IMG/VR virus record: IMGVR_UViG_3300020048_000090
DNA: 64,000 nt
From: an uncultured virus (IMG/VR IMGVR_UViG_3300020048_000090)
Taxonomy: Duplodnaviria > Heunggongvirae > Uroviricota > Caudoviricetes
Direction: 5' to 3' (one strand)
In this document: positions 19,616 to 30,500 of the stretch, piece by piece
Numbering within the stretch: the stretch's first letter is position 1
How the letters are laid out: each line of letters begins with the position of its first letter
Notes under the pieces: model-generated
What the model was told of the DNA's origin: nothing
Databases searched by the model: none
Seen by the model: the letters and a program-made list of their open reading frames with translations, nothing else
Translations under genes and position numbers: made by a program

Positions 19616-21085
19616 ATGTCTGATATTACAATTGACCAAGTAACTACAACTGATCCTACAGAGAATGGTGTGTTTGATGTGCTTATGAGGTCAGTAGACT
19701 CTCATTTAGATAAGCAATATATAGCAGGTAGGATTAAAGGTGCTGATTATGCAACTGTTTATCTAGGAGCATTACAAGCTGTATTACAACAGTCAATTAT
19801 GTTTGTTTTATCAGAGCAGAAAGTTGAGAAAGATATAGAGTTAGCTAGTATACAAATTGAAGCTACACAAGCAGATATTAATATTAAGTTAGAACAATCT
19901 GCTAAAGATTTAGAAGTAAAGTCTCAACAGATTGTTTCTATGATATCTGATGACTTAATCAAAGAAAGACAGGTAGTTGTTACAGAAAACCAATCGGATA
20001 AGGATTTGGTTTTAAAAGACAATCAGATTGAGGCTATACAAACGGATATTAGTACTAAGTTACAGCAGTCAAGTAAAGAACTAGAAGTTAAAGATCAGCA
20101 AATAGCATCTATGATAGCTGATGATCTAGTTAAAGATAGACAAGTTACTGTAGCTGAAACACAGTCAGTCAAGGATTTAGAAGTTAAATCTAGTCAAATT
20201 GAATCTAATCAAACTGATATGTCTGTTAAGTTGGCTCAATCTGCTAAAGAATTGGAGGTTAAATCTCAACAGATTACCTCTATGATTAAAGAAGATTTAG
20301 TAAAAGATAATCAGATTGAATCTATACAAGTAGATATCAACACTAAACTTCAAGAATTAGATAAAGATTTGGAAGTTAAGACCCAACAAATTGTTTCTAT
20401 GGTTAAGGAAGATGTTGTTAAAGATAATCAAATTGAAGCTATTCAGGTTGATATTAATACTAAGTTACAACAGTCATTCAAAGATTTAGAGGTTAAAACC
20501 CAGCAGATTGCTTCTATGGTATCTGATGACTTAATCAAGGACAGACAAGTAGTTGTATCAGAAACACAATCTAGTAAAGATCTAGAAGTAAAAGATACTC
20601 AAATTGATTCTTTACAGACTGATATGGCTGTTAAGTTAGAACAATCTGATAAAGATTTACAGTTAAAGACTGAACAAATTACTGCTTCTATTGTAGATAC
20701 TGCGATTAAACAAGCACAATCTGAGAAAGATTTGATTATTAAAGAGAATCAAGCTTTAGAGATATTAGCTGGTACTACTAGACAGGATAGTTTAGCTGAT
20801 GAACAGATAGTAGCTAGCAATGCTAATACTGCTCTTAAACAAGCTTTAGGTGAGAAGCAAGCTGATGTGTATGAAGGACAAGCTGCTAGCTTTGCTAAAG
20901 AAGCTAGATTTAAAGTATTTAAAGCTCTATTGGATTTAAGAACTACTGGTATGACACAAGAATTACCTGGTCTTAATACTGGTATAGGCACTTCTAGTGG
21001 AAATGCTCTAGCTAATGCTATGTTATCTGATGTAGAAATTACTAATGTTTCTAATGTTATTGCTGATCTTTATATTGCAGTATAA
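19616..21085 (+). CDS. N4 gp54-like tail protein with expanded internal repeats
   Basis: GVFDVLMRSV..HL..QY..GRIKGADYA.VY N-terminus; central QSxKDLEVK repeats. Confidence 0.8.
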   Translation: MSDITIDQVTTTDPTENGVFDVLMRSVDSHLDKQYIAGRIKGADYATVYLGALQAVLQQSIMFVLSEQKVEKDIELASIQIEATQADINIKLEQSAKDLEVKSQQIVSMISDDLIKERQVVVTENQSDKDLVLKDNQIEAIQTDISTKLQQSSKELEVKDQQIASMIADDLVKDRQVTVAETQSVKDLEVKSSQIESNQTDMSVKLAQSAKELEVKSQQITSMIKEDLVKDNQIESIQVDINTKLQELDKDLEVKTQQIVSMVKEDVVKDNQIEAIQVDINTKLQQSFKDLEVKTQQIASMVSDDLIKDRQVVVSETQSSKDLEVKDTQIDSLQTDMAVKLEQSDKDLQLKTEQITASIVDTAIKQAQSEKDLIIKENQALEILAGTTRQDSLADEQIVASNANTALKQALGEKQADVYEGQAASFAKEARFKVFKALLDLRTTGMTQELPGLNTGIGTSSGNALANAMLSDVEITNVSNVIADLYIAV

Positions 21086-23325
21086 TGGGAATATTCTCCA
21101 CAAAGACTAAGATATATGTATCTGGTGGTATTAGTAGATTAAGAGAAGATGAAGATGAAGATGGTAATCCTCTTATTCTTAATACCACTGGATTAGTTGT
21201 ATCTAATGCTTCTATTAATAATTTAGATATTGTTGATGAAATACGTCTAAATGAATTAACAGGTACTAAAGCATCTTATAAGTCTCTATGGAAAAAGACT
21301 AAAAGTAGTATTGGATTACCTGAAGGATTAATAAGCTATTATTCACCAGACAAAGAAATATTAGCAACTCATATTAGAAATGATACTGGTAATGCTTATC
21401 CAGTAGCTAATGATATAACTAGTATTAGTAGCTCTCAGATAGTAGAAGATCTATTTGTCAAGTATGAATTACAATTAGCTAAAGATTATAATAATACAAC
21501 AAATACCTTTATACACTCTGGTAATACATATACATTGGATTCTTATGTTGTAGACCCAGGTGTTAAGTATGTAATCAATGGATCAAGAGTTATTGCTACA
21601 CCACCATTCATAGAAACTGTATCCATAGATTTAATGGTTGTATTACCACCATTAACAGAGAGTGTTCCTGACCCAGAAGGCTACTATGTTTATATTGATG
21701 TTCCAGTTATGTATTGGCACATCTTGTATGAGTATTCTGGAAGAGAATATATATGGATAGCTAAAGCTAATGAAGCATTAGCTGATATGGGAGATGAGAC
21801 TGATGTACCTAGTGCTCTTACAGAATACTTTGAGTCCTTTGCTCCTGTAATACCTACTAGAAATGATTTTATTGATTATACAGGAGATAGTGCAGATCCA
21901 TTAATAGTAGCTAAATATAAAGAATCTAAGAAGTTACTAAAGATTATTGGATTAGATATTGATGATCTTAATAAAGCTGTTAATACTGGAGAAGGTGGTG
22001 GTACTAATCCAGAAATAGATAATATAGCTGATACTTATGTAACTATGCAGTCTAAGCTAGCTAGTGAGTATATGGATGAGTTGGCTTATAACTATGTATT
22101 CTTTGATAAATTAGCAGATATAGATACTGGATTTACTTTACCTCCTAGTATAGGTATTGATGGTGAAATTAGTGAAGCAGGAAGATCAGCAAATATACTA
22201 ACAGTAATATTTTCTGAGATATTCAATCAACGTATATATTGGAATAAAACAACTAAAACTATAGAAACAGGTACTTTAACCAGTGATTATGAATATGAGT
22301 TAACTAATACTGGTACTAATACGATTACAGATTATTCTATTGGTACTTACACCATTAAAAAAAGATTAACATCTTCTACATATGAACAAATATTTGTAGA
22401 GGGTTTAGCTATTCAATATTATGTTTACTATGATGGTGATACTGGTAAAGCTTATAGTCCTGAGTTTACTAATACTGATCCAGATGTATTAAACCAATTA
22501 ACTATACCAGTAAGTCTATCAATAGCTAAAGAAGCTTTAGGTAATAATCTAGAAACATTCTTTCTAAGAACTACTTACATTGGTATATTCTCTAGAGTTG
22601 TTGTTAAGATTAAATGGTATCAACAGGGTTGGTTTAAAGTCATATTAATAATAATTCTAATTATAGTTTTAATTAAGCTTGGACCTAAAGCTGCTATGGA
22701 AGTACAGTCTCTAGTACAATCAATAGGTTTAGTAACAGGTATTACTGCTACTACTTATGTATTAGCTGTATTAATTCTTGCTTTAAAAGCTGCTATTATT
22801 TCTTATGCGTTAAAAAGAGTATTAACTAAAGTATTAGAGTCTACAGATAATCAATTCTTACAAGCTTTAGCTATAGTTGCTTTTGTTTATGTATCCTATC
22901 AAATGATTGATACGTCTCAGTTTAGTACTTTAGAATCAGTTAATACTGTTTTAGGTAGTGTTAATACTGCATTGAGTGTTAAAGCAGAAGTAGCACAAGA
23001 AGAGTTAGAAGATATAGCTGAAGAAGTGCAGCTAGTAACCAAAACCTATGAAGAAGCATTAAAAGAATTTAAGCTTACAGATAATGATAAAGCTTCTGAA
23101 TTGAAATCTAGATATATAAATTATCTCAATCTAATGAGTAGAAGTGGTGTAGTTTATGATGAGATAGAAACAGACTTAGCAGTACAAAGCTATGATGCTA
23201 CTGTTAGCTATGCTTCTACATTTGTACGTAATGCACTAAATATAGATAGAGAATCATTTGCAGCTTTATTTACATCAACAGAACAACTAGTGGATAATGA
23301 ACCAACTGATCCAATAGTAACTTAG
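21085..23325 (+). CDS. N4 gp53-like virion protein with membrane segments
   Basis: MGIFS..KIYVS start; KWYQQGWFK followed by TM helices; position in gene order. Confidence 0.75.
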   Translation: MGIFSTKTKIYVSGGISRLREDEDEDGNPLILNTTGLVVSNASINNLDIVDEIRLNELTGTKASYKSLWKKTKSSIGLPEGLISYYSPDKEILATHIRNDTGNAYPVANDITSISSSQIVEDLFVKYELQLAKDYNNTTNTFIHSGNTYTLDSYVVDPGVKYVINGSRVIATPPFIETVSIDLMVVLPPLTESVPDPEGYYVYIDVPVMYWHILYEYSGREYIWIAKANEALADMGDETDVPSALTEYFESFAPVIPTRNDFIDYTGDSADPLIVAKYKESKKLLKIIGLDIDDLNKAVNTGEGGGTNPEIDNIADTYVTMQSKLASEYMDELAYNYVFFDKLADIDTGFTLPPSIGIDGEISEAGRSANILTVIFSEIFNQRIYWNKTTKTIETGTLTSDYEYELTNTGTNTITDYSIGTYTIKKRLTSSTYEQIFVEGLAIQYYVYYDGDTGKAYSPEFTNTDPDVLNQLTIPVSLSIAKEALGNNLETFFLRTTYIGIFSRVVVKIKWYQQGWFKVILIIILIIVLIKLGPKAAMEVQSLVQSIGLVTGITATTYVLAVLILALKAAIISYALKRVLTKVLESTDNQFLQALAIVAFVYVSYQMIDTSQFSTLESVNTVLGSVNTALSVKAEVAQEELEDIAEEVQLVTKTYEEALKEFKLTDNDKASELKSRYINYLNLMSRSGVVYDEIETDLAVQSYDATVSYASTFVRNALNIDRESFAALFTSTEQLVDNEPTDPIVT

Positions 23326-23339
23326 AAAGGAAATATATT

Positions 23340-23837
23340 ATGAATGGTTTATCTAATCCTTGGAGTAGTTTTAAAGGTTGGGCATTTGGAAATGGTGGTA
23401 CTGCTTTAAATAATGACCAATATAGTTCTATGATACAGGATACTCCAGGTGGAAGTGCTCTAAGTAATTTAGCTATTTCTAATCCTACATTACATGATCA
23501 ACTTTCTTTTGGATTACCTAATACTGGTGGTGCTTTTGGATCTCTAGCTAATTATGGTAAATCTGCATTAAAGTTTGGTGATCAGTATGGTAAAGGTATT
23601 ACAGAAGGTCTAAAAGCTTTTAGTGCTCTTAAAGGTATGAGTAATCAGAAGAGACAGCTTAAAGATGCTAGAGAGAATGCTGATTATCTTAGAAAAGCTA
23701 GTAATGCTGATATTTCTTCTAGAGCTGAAGCTCAAGGTACTAAGAGAGCATTACAGATGGGTTCTAGTCTAGAAGATGCCTATAAGAAAGGTGCTGACTA
23801 TAGTAATGAAAGAATGGCTCAATGGGGTCTTAAATAA
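23340..23837 (+). CDS. N4 gp52-like ejection/virion protein
   Basis: 165 aa, Gly-rich N-half, helical C-half, Cys-free; gene order. Confidence 0.55.
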   Translation: MNGLSNPWSSFKGWAFGNGGTALNNDQYSSMIQDTPGGSALSNLAISNPTLHDQLSFGLPNTGGAFGSLANYGKSALKFGDQYGKGITEGLKAFSALKGMSNQKRQLKDARENADYLRKASNADISSRAEAQGTKRALQMGSSLEDAYKKGADYSNERMAQWGLK

Positions 23838-23848
23838 GGAGTATTGAT

Positions 23849-24733
23849 ATGGCTTTAGAGATTGAACTAGACGAAGATACAGCAGCAAATGAAGCTATTG
23901 ATGCCCAGAAGGGAGAAGCTGAGTATTCAGAACCTGAATCAGAGTTACCTCCTGATATGGAAGAACCAGCACCTAAAGCTAAAGCTAAGGTAGCCTCTAA
24001 GAAGCCTGTACCGAGGGCTAGAGTAGCTCCAAAGAAGAAGGTTGAGGCTAACCCATTAGCTGCTGATGATAAAGATTATGAAGGTCCTGTTAAAGAGGCT
24101 GCTATGAAAGCCGAGAAAGCTACTGCAGATGCTTTGGGTAAAGGTAATTCTTGGGAAAGAACTAAACCTGCTTTTAATCCAAAAAATGATGCTATTCAGC
24201 CAGTAGGTGCTTTAGAAGCTTTGGTTGGTACTAGTGCATTAGTTAAAGGTGGTGCTTCTCTTATTGCTAAAAATGCTGCTACTAGATTAGCAAAACAGAA
24301 AGTTGCTGATGAGATTAGCAATAAAGCTGGAGAAGAGTTAGTAAAAAAAGGAGATATGCCTTATACTAAATCTACAGGAGAAGCTACAACTATTATTCAT
24401 AATAGACCTAACACATCTACAACTATCAAACCCAATCCTGCTAGACAAGCTGCTATGAAAGCAAAAGCTAATAGCAATAATAAGGTTATGCAAAATATTA
24501 AAGAAGATACTAAAAAGTATACTCCAACAGAAGAAATTCCTAGTAAATCACCTTCTGTATATAATAAACCTTTACTAGATACTCAGAAGAGTAAGCAACT
24601 TGAAATTAAGAAAGGTGTTGATAGACCTCCTGTAACTAAAGACACCAGAGAAGCTGCACAAAGAGCTGCTAGAGGTGCTACTGAGAAATATAAAGATAGG
24701 GCTGGTGTTACTATAAAACACAATAGATATTGA
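23849..24733 (+). CDS. hypothetical low-complexity Cys-free protein (possible ejected protein)
   Basis: Strong SD (AAGGAG); acidic N-terminus, K/A/P-rich. Confidence 0.6.
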   Translation: MALEIELDEDTAANEAIDAQKGEAEYSEPESELPPDMEEPAPKAKAKVASKKPVPRARVAPKKKVEANPLAADDKDYEGPVKEAAMKAEKATADALGKGNSWERTKPAFNPKNDAIQPVGALEALVGTSALVKGGASLIAKNAATRLAKQKVADEISNKAGEELVKKGDMPYTKSTGEATTIIHNRPNTSTTIKPNPARQAAMKAKANSNNKVMQNIKEDTKKYTPTEEIPSKSPSVYNKPLLDTQKSKQLEIKKGVDRPPVTKDTREAAQRAARGATEKYKDRAGVTIKHNRY

Positions 24734-24778
24734 TAAAGTATTATTGGTTATTGGATAAAGTTTAATAAAGGAATAGAT

Positions 24779-27550
24779 ATGGCTGGATTACTACAAGGTG
24801 TTAATTTACCCCCTGCAATTGCAATGCCTGCTCCTAGTCAAGCATATTTGAGTGACCCTTTAGGAGGCTTTACAAAGGTGCTAGGAGGCTTCTTAGAAGG
24901 TAGACAGACTGATGCTGCAGCTAGACAGAAAGCAGCTATAGAAGAGGCTACTATGGCTGGAGATGAGAATGCTCTTAGAGCATTGACTCAAGCTGGTGCA
25001 AGCAATCAAGCTGGTCTATGGGATCCAACTAAGCTAGGTGAGGTTCAGAAAGCTGCTAAGACTGCTTTAGGAAGCCATATTATGGGTCAGTTGACTCCTG
25101 ATTTAACTAAAGCTATTAGTACTAATGATATTAAGTCATATTCAAGTATTCTTGATAAATTTAACTTAAATAAACCTTATTTAGATCCAAACCAAGAAAA
25201 AGAATTCTTAGATACATATCAACAGAATTTACAACCTGTACAGTTAGGTAGTGCAAGTGATGCTGCATATAGAGACTATCAACAACAGCATAGTTTTGGT
25301 GCAGCAGACAGAGCAAGTACTATTATCCAAAAAGCACATGGTCTTGTAGGAGATGAGTTCTTTAACTTATTTAATGTTGATCCAATGGGTAATATTATTC
25401 CTATTGATCAAGTTGATCCAAATAAACATCTAGTACAAAGAGATTTACTAACTAAACTTAATACTGAAGTAGATGCTATTAATTTACCTCAAATTACTCC
25501 TGAACAAGGAGAAAATACTTTAAGAAGTGGTTTAAGCAAGTTAGGTATTCCTCTAGATAAGCAAGACGAGACTATTGCTAAGTTTAGAACTAGAGCTGCT
25601 CAAGTAGGTCAGTTAAGTACAGAAGGCCAAGCTAAGTTAGCTACTGCCAATGCAAGTATTACTAAGAATACTGAAAACCAAAAAGCAGCACTAGAAGCTA
25701 CTTATAAAGCTACTAATGCTTTCTTTGCTCAGATGGATGATGGTACTAAAGCTAGATTATCCAAGTTATATGGTACAGATGCAGTTGCTGCAGTTGCTGA
25801 ATTGGAAGCAATGTTTCCAGCAAATAGACTGTGGACAGCTAGCTTAGAAGGTAGGGAGCAAATAAAGAAAGAATTATTTACTCCTTACTTTAATAAAACT
25901 AGTATTAATGGGGTAAAGACTCCAGATATAGCATATAGAGATATCTTATCTGCTTTAGCCATGACTAAAGAAACCTCAAATCTCTTTAATGATTCTGGTA
26001 TTAATGTAACTGACCCAGAAGTAAAGAAACAATTTGAAGATAATCTACTACAAGCTTATATAGATAATAGAGCTGGACTTGGATTAAGCCAAGGTCTTGA
26101 AAAGCAAATATCTAATGTTAAAGAGTATTATGAGAAATTAGCAGATATAGATGCTAGTACAGTAGCACAACAGTTTAAAGCATCAACTAAGATATATAGT
26201 GATGAAGATAAGTATGCTGGAAAAACTCCAGATATATTCACTAATGCTTTAACTAGAGCAGCTCAGAATGCTCCAGAAGCTAGTGGTATACAACCACCCA
26301 CTATTAAAGGTCCTGTAAGTTTACCTAATTTAGATGATGAAGCAGTAGCTAGAATAGATAAAACTTTAAAGAGTAATATATCTGATGCTGAAAGAAAAAA
26401 TCTTACAAAAAGAAAAGATAAAATACTTTCTGGGAAAGTTTTTGAAATCTCTTCAGATACTTCTAATCCTGAAGAAGCACTAAATGCTTTGAGAGTGCAG
26501 CTAGCAAAGTCTAATTTTACTAAAAAGGAACAAGAAGCAGAGTTACGTAGTTTTCAAGCATTAATGGATAGACAACAAAATTTAGCTAAAAATAAATCAA
26601 CTCCAGTAACTACTGGGTCCAATAACCCAGTATATACCGAAGCACAAGTAGCATTGGCTAATGATCGTTTAAATGAAGTAAATGACTTACTGAAAGAACC
26701 TTCTGCAGATAGTCAAGATTTACTTAAAGAAAAGGCTAATTTAGAGCCTATAGTAAATTCAATGGATCCTATTGGTGCTTCTATAAACCCAACAAGTGCT
26801 GCTGTACCAATTCAGGCTACTACCCCCTTACCTATACCTCAAAGGGCTAATGTAGCTAGTCCTAAAGCTCGATTAGATACATTTAATAATACTGTCCAAA
26901 ATCAGAGTAATACTACTAGTGCTCCAAAAGTCACTCCAGCTACAGATAGACTTTCTCAAGCGTTTGCAAGACAATTACAGGATAAGAAGCCAGTAGCTCC
27001 TAAAGTAACTCCTCAAGAAGAGTCTTTGAATATAGCTGTTAGTAAATTAGAAAAGCTTACTGGTGGATTTAAAGCTTCTCCGTTAATGAAGCTAGACCCA
27101 AAATCTGATGCTATAGAAGGTACTGATATTTCTGGTGCAGTGATTGATGTTCTTAATAGCACTGAAATCAATCCTGCTATTGGATTACCTTTAGCTGCTG
27201 CTGTAGCTATTTTAGGTGGTGGTAGAGCTATTCCTAACTTAGCAAAGAGGATGCCTAAGATACTTGCTAATGCTGGTAAAGTAGCCCCAACAGGTAGTAA
27301 TGTAGTGTTAGCTAGTGGTAATGTTGGAGCCAATAAAGCTATTGTCACATCTATGATAGCAAGAGCTGCTGCTACTGATAAAGCAAGAATGGATTCTCTC
27401 TATAAAGAGTATTGGAGAAAAGGTTGGCAAAAAGATATGGTAGAGTTACCTAAAACTGATCTACAATGGTCTGATGCTATAGCCAATGCAAATGCTTATG
27501 TAGCAGAAAGAATTAATCCTCGTGAATTTAAATCTCTTATGAAAAAATAA
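24779..27550 (+). CDS. N4 gp51-like internal virion/ejection protein
   Basis: 923 aa, Cys-free, helical, directly upstream of vRNAP; assigned by position. Confidence 0.55.
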   Translation: MAGLLQGVNLPPAIAMPAPSQAYLSDPLGGFTKVLGGFLEGRQTDAAARQKAAIEEATMAGDENALRALTQAGASNQAGLWDPTKLGEVQKAAKTALGSHIMGQLTPDLTKAISTNDIKSYSSILDKFNLNKPYLDPNQEKEFLDTYQQNLQPVQLGSASDAAYRDYQQQHSFGAADRASTIIQKAHGLVGDEFFNLFNVDPMGNIIPIDQVDPNKHLVQRDLLTKLNTEVDAINLPQITPEQGENTLRSGLSKLGIPLDKQDETIAKFRTRAAQVGQLSTEGQAKLATANASITKNTENQKAALEATYKATNAFFAQMDDGTKARLSKLYGTDAVAAVAELEAMFPANRLWTASLEGREQIKKELFTPYFNKTSINGVKTPDIAYRDILSALAMTKETSNLFNDSGINVTDPEVKKQFEDNLLQAYIDNRAGLGLSQGLEKQISNVKEYYEKLADIDASTVAQQFKASTKIYSDEDKYAGKTPDIFTNALTRAAQNAPEASGIQPPTIKGPVSLPNLDDEAVARIDKTLKSNISDAERKNLTKRKDKILSGKVFEISSDTSNPEEALNALRVQLAKSNFTKKEQEAELRSFQALMDRQQNLAKNKSTPVTTGSNNPVYTEAQVALANDRLNEVNDLLKEPSADSQDLLKEKANLEPIVNSMDPIGASINPTSAAVPIQATTPLPIPQRANVASPKARLDTFNNTVQNQSNTTSAPKVTPATDRLSQAFARQLQDKKPVAPKVTPQEESLNIAVSKLEKLTGGFKASPLMKLDPKSDAIEGTDISGAVIDVLNSTEINPAIGLPLAAAVAILGGGRAIPNLAKRMPKILANAGKVAPTGSNVVLASGNVGANKAIVTSMIARAAATDKARMDSLYKEYWRKGWQKDMVELPKTDLQWSDAIANANAYVAERINPREFKSLMKK

Positions 27551-27559
27551 GGATATATT

Positions 27560-30500
27560 ATGGCTTATGAACCTATTCTGCCAAGTGCAACTGCAGCATT
27601 TGATCCAAATGTATTAAATCCTTATAGTGGTTTTACTACAGAATGGGCATTGCGTGATCCAGTAAAGGAGAAGGTAGATTCTCTCAATGCAGCTAAAGCA
27701 GAGAAAGAAGAGTTATTTAGAAAGCAGAAAGAAGAAAGAGCTGCTAAGTACTTTATGTCTGATGCAAATGCACAGAGTGGTTTAGGTGGAGTAGTAAATA
27801 CAGTAGGTGGTTTTTTTGGTACTGCAGCAAGAGTAGGTGGCAATATATTAGGTGTTCCTGAGTTAGTAGCAGAGTCTGTAAAACCTGCTGTTGATTTCAT
27901 GAGCCAATATATACCTGAAAGTGTTAAAGATGCTTATGGAGCTGTTGATGAAGCTCTAACTATTAGGAGTGATAATAAGACTGCAAAAGATTTAACTAAA
28001 GTTTTTAGAGATCCTACAGGTCTTGTTAGTGACTTTGGTAAGTTTATTGGAGATAGTTGGGAAGGTTATTATAATCCAGTAAATGTAGAAGAGTTACAGG
28101 CAGATTTTAGTAAAGACTTTGACACTAATGAAGGTGTTCTAAGAGTAGCTGGTGCATTAGCTAAGACAGCAGCAACTAATCCAGTTAAAGGTGCAGAGTT
28201 ATTTGTTACTAACTTTCCTTATATGTATGCTGCTGCTCAAAAAGGTATACCAGGTGCTGCAGCATTCTTGGGTATGGTTAATGAGTTTAATAATGAGTCT
28301 TTAGAAAAGTACAAAGAAACTCATGATGGACAGTTACCTGATGCAAAAGCACAAGCAGTTATGTTGGGTACTGGTGTAGCTGCAGCAGCTACAGAAAAAG
28401 TAGCTTCTATGTTCCAGTTAGGTAAGATAGGTGGTCCTAATATAGCTCCTAAAGTCTTATCAGTGCCTACTAGATATGCGACTGGTGGTGTTTCAGAATT
28501 TGGTCAAGAAGGTACTCAAACAGCTCTTACTAATATTGGTGGATATCAAGAACAATTATTAGAAGATCCAGATTTAGTAGATAAGACAATCAAAAAATCT
28601 GTTGTAGCTGGTGCTATGGGTATGGCTTCATCTTCTGTAGGTAGTGCTGGTATTAAAGCTATGCAGCCTATAGATGAACAAGCTAAACGAGCTATAGGGG
28701 CTATTAAAGCCTTCCAGAAGACTCCAGAATACCAAGGCTTAGGTACAACAAAAGAACCTGCTGGAGCAGCTTATACAGCCTTTGCTAGCACTGTTGCTGA
28801 TACTGCTATAGCTCCTGAAGCTAAGCAAGCAGCATTTAATAATGCTCTAGCTGCTATAGTGTCTAATCCAGATCATCCTAATATCAAGATCATTGCTGGA
28901 AGATTAAAAGATACTGCTACTAAAGCAGGTATTACTATTCCAGAGAGTGTTAATACACTATTAACTGATATAGCTTTAGTTAAGCCAAGTAAAGCTGCTA
29001 CATTCTATAGAGATACTAGAAATGCTTTCTTGGATAAACAATTATCTGAAAAGAATATTGAAGAGAATCCAACTGCTGCAGTTAATAGACTTAAAGTGAG
29101 TAAATTTAAGAGCACTAACATTAAAGAATATAATGTGGAGCTAGAAGAGATACGTTCTATCACAAACAATCTTATTAGTAGTGTAGGACAGCAAGTAAAA
29201 AATGGAACTATATCTAAAGAAGATGGTTATAAGCTTAATGAAACTATTGCAACTATTAGTGATGGATTCCTGACTCATGGTCAGAATTTACTTAAGAAGA
29301 ATAAAGCTGAAGTTATCCAAGAAGTAGCTACTGCTAAAGTAGAAGATAAAGATGATATTAAGTTAGGTAGTAATATAGATGGTTTAATAAGCTTATTAAC
29401 AGCTAAAGAAGGTAAGCTAACTACAGAAGAGATTGAACAAGTACTTAACTCTCCTGTCTTGACTGAACATCAAAGAAGAGTATTTACTAACTTTAAGAAT
29501 GTAAATATGGAAGAGGTTAATACTCACTTGTTCCAAGGTGGTATGAATGCAAATAAAGAAGAGTTTAAAGGCTTTAATGAGTACTTAAGAGAGATTGAGA
29601 AAGCTAAGCTTACTAATGATCAGGTTAAGTTAGATGAGAGTGTTAAAGATTTAGAAAATTGGTCTAATAGATATATGACCAATAGAACCAATGTTATTAA
29701 AGCTTATGAAGGTTTAGGAGTTGGTAAAGAAGTAACAGTACCTAATCTAAGTAATGGTGAATTTTGGCTTAAACAAGGTGTTAGTAAAAACTTTGTTAAT
29801 AATCTTAAGAAGGAAGTACAAGCATTTGCTCTTGGATTAGACCAAGCATATCTTATTGCTGGTAGAGAGAATCCTAGCATAGAAGCCTCTCAGACTACCC
29901 AGAATGAGATTACTACAGCTACCCCTAGCACTACTATTCCTCCTGCTTCTACAGCTCCTATAGAGGCTTCTAACGATATCTTTAAGAAGTATGGTTGGAA
30001 TAAGACTGAAGGAAAGTCAGAATATACCAAAGGTAACTTGAGTATCCATAAGAAAAATACAGATAATAAAGTTCATATTGGTGTAGTGGGTATTAAAAAT
30101 GATGTTCTTGATAAGCTTACTTTTGACACTTCAGCAGAAGCATTAGATGCTACTCGTTTCTTAGAAATAGAAGAAGGGATCATAATAGAAGGTAAGCTTT
30201 ATGGTTTTGGTGAGATGGATGGTATTGTTGCTAATTATTTAAGTGAAGATTCTCTAAATAGAGCAGCTTTAGTCTTTAATAGAGCACAAGCTCCTTCAGA
30301 TTACTGGAATGAGTTTGAAAGTCTTGGTTTAGAGATAACAGAGGACAATACTTTAGTAGATACTAACACCCGTGAAGTTATTGCTACAAGAGGTCCTAAA
30401 CAAACTCCTACTATTACTACTTCTTCAGTATCTTTTATAGAACCTTCTGTTGATTCTTTTATTAAAATCTTTGATACAGATACCACATATGATAAATGGA

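Noticed and set aside
19840..20760. CRISPR-like array
   Set aside because: Repeats are degenerate, in-frame protein repeats without spacers.
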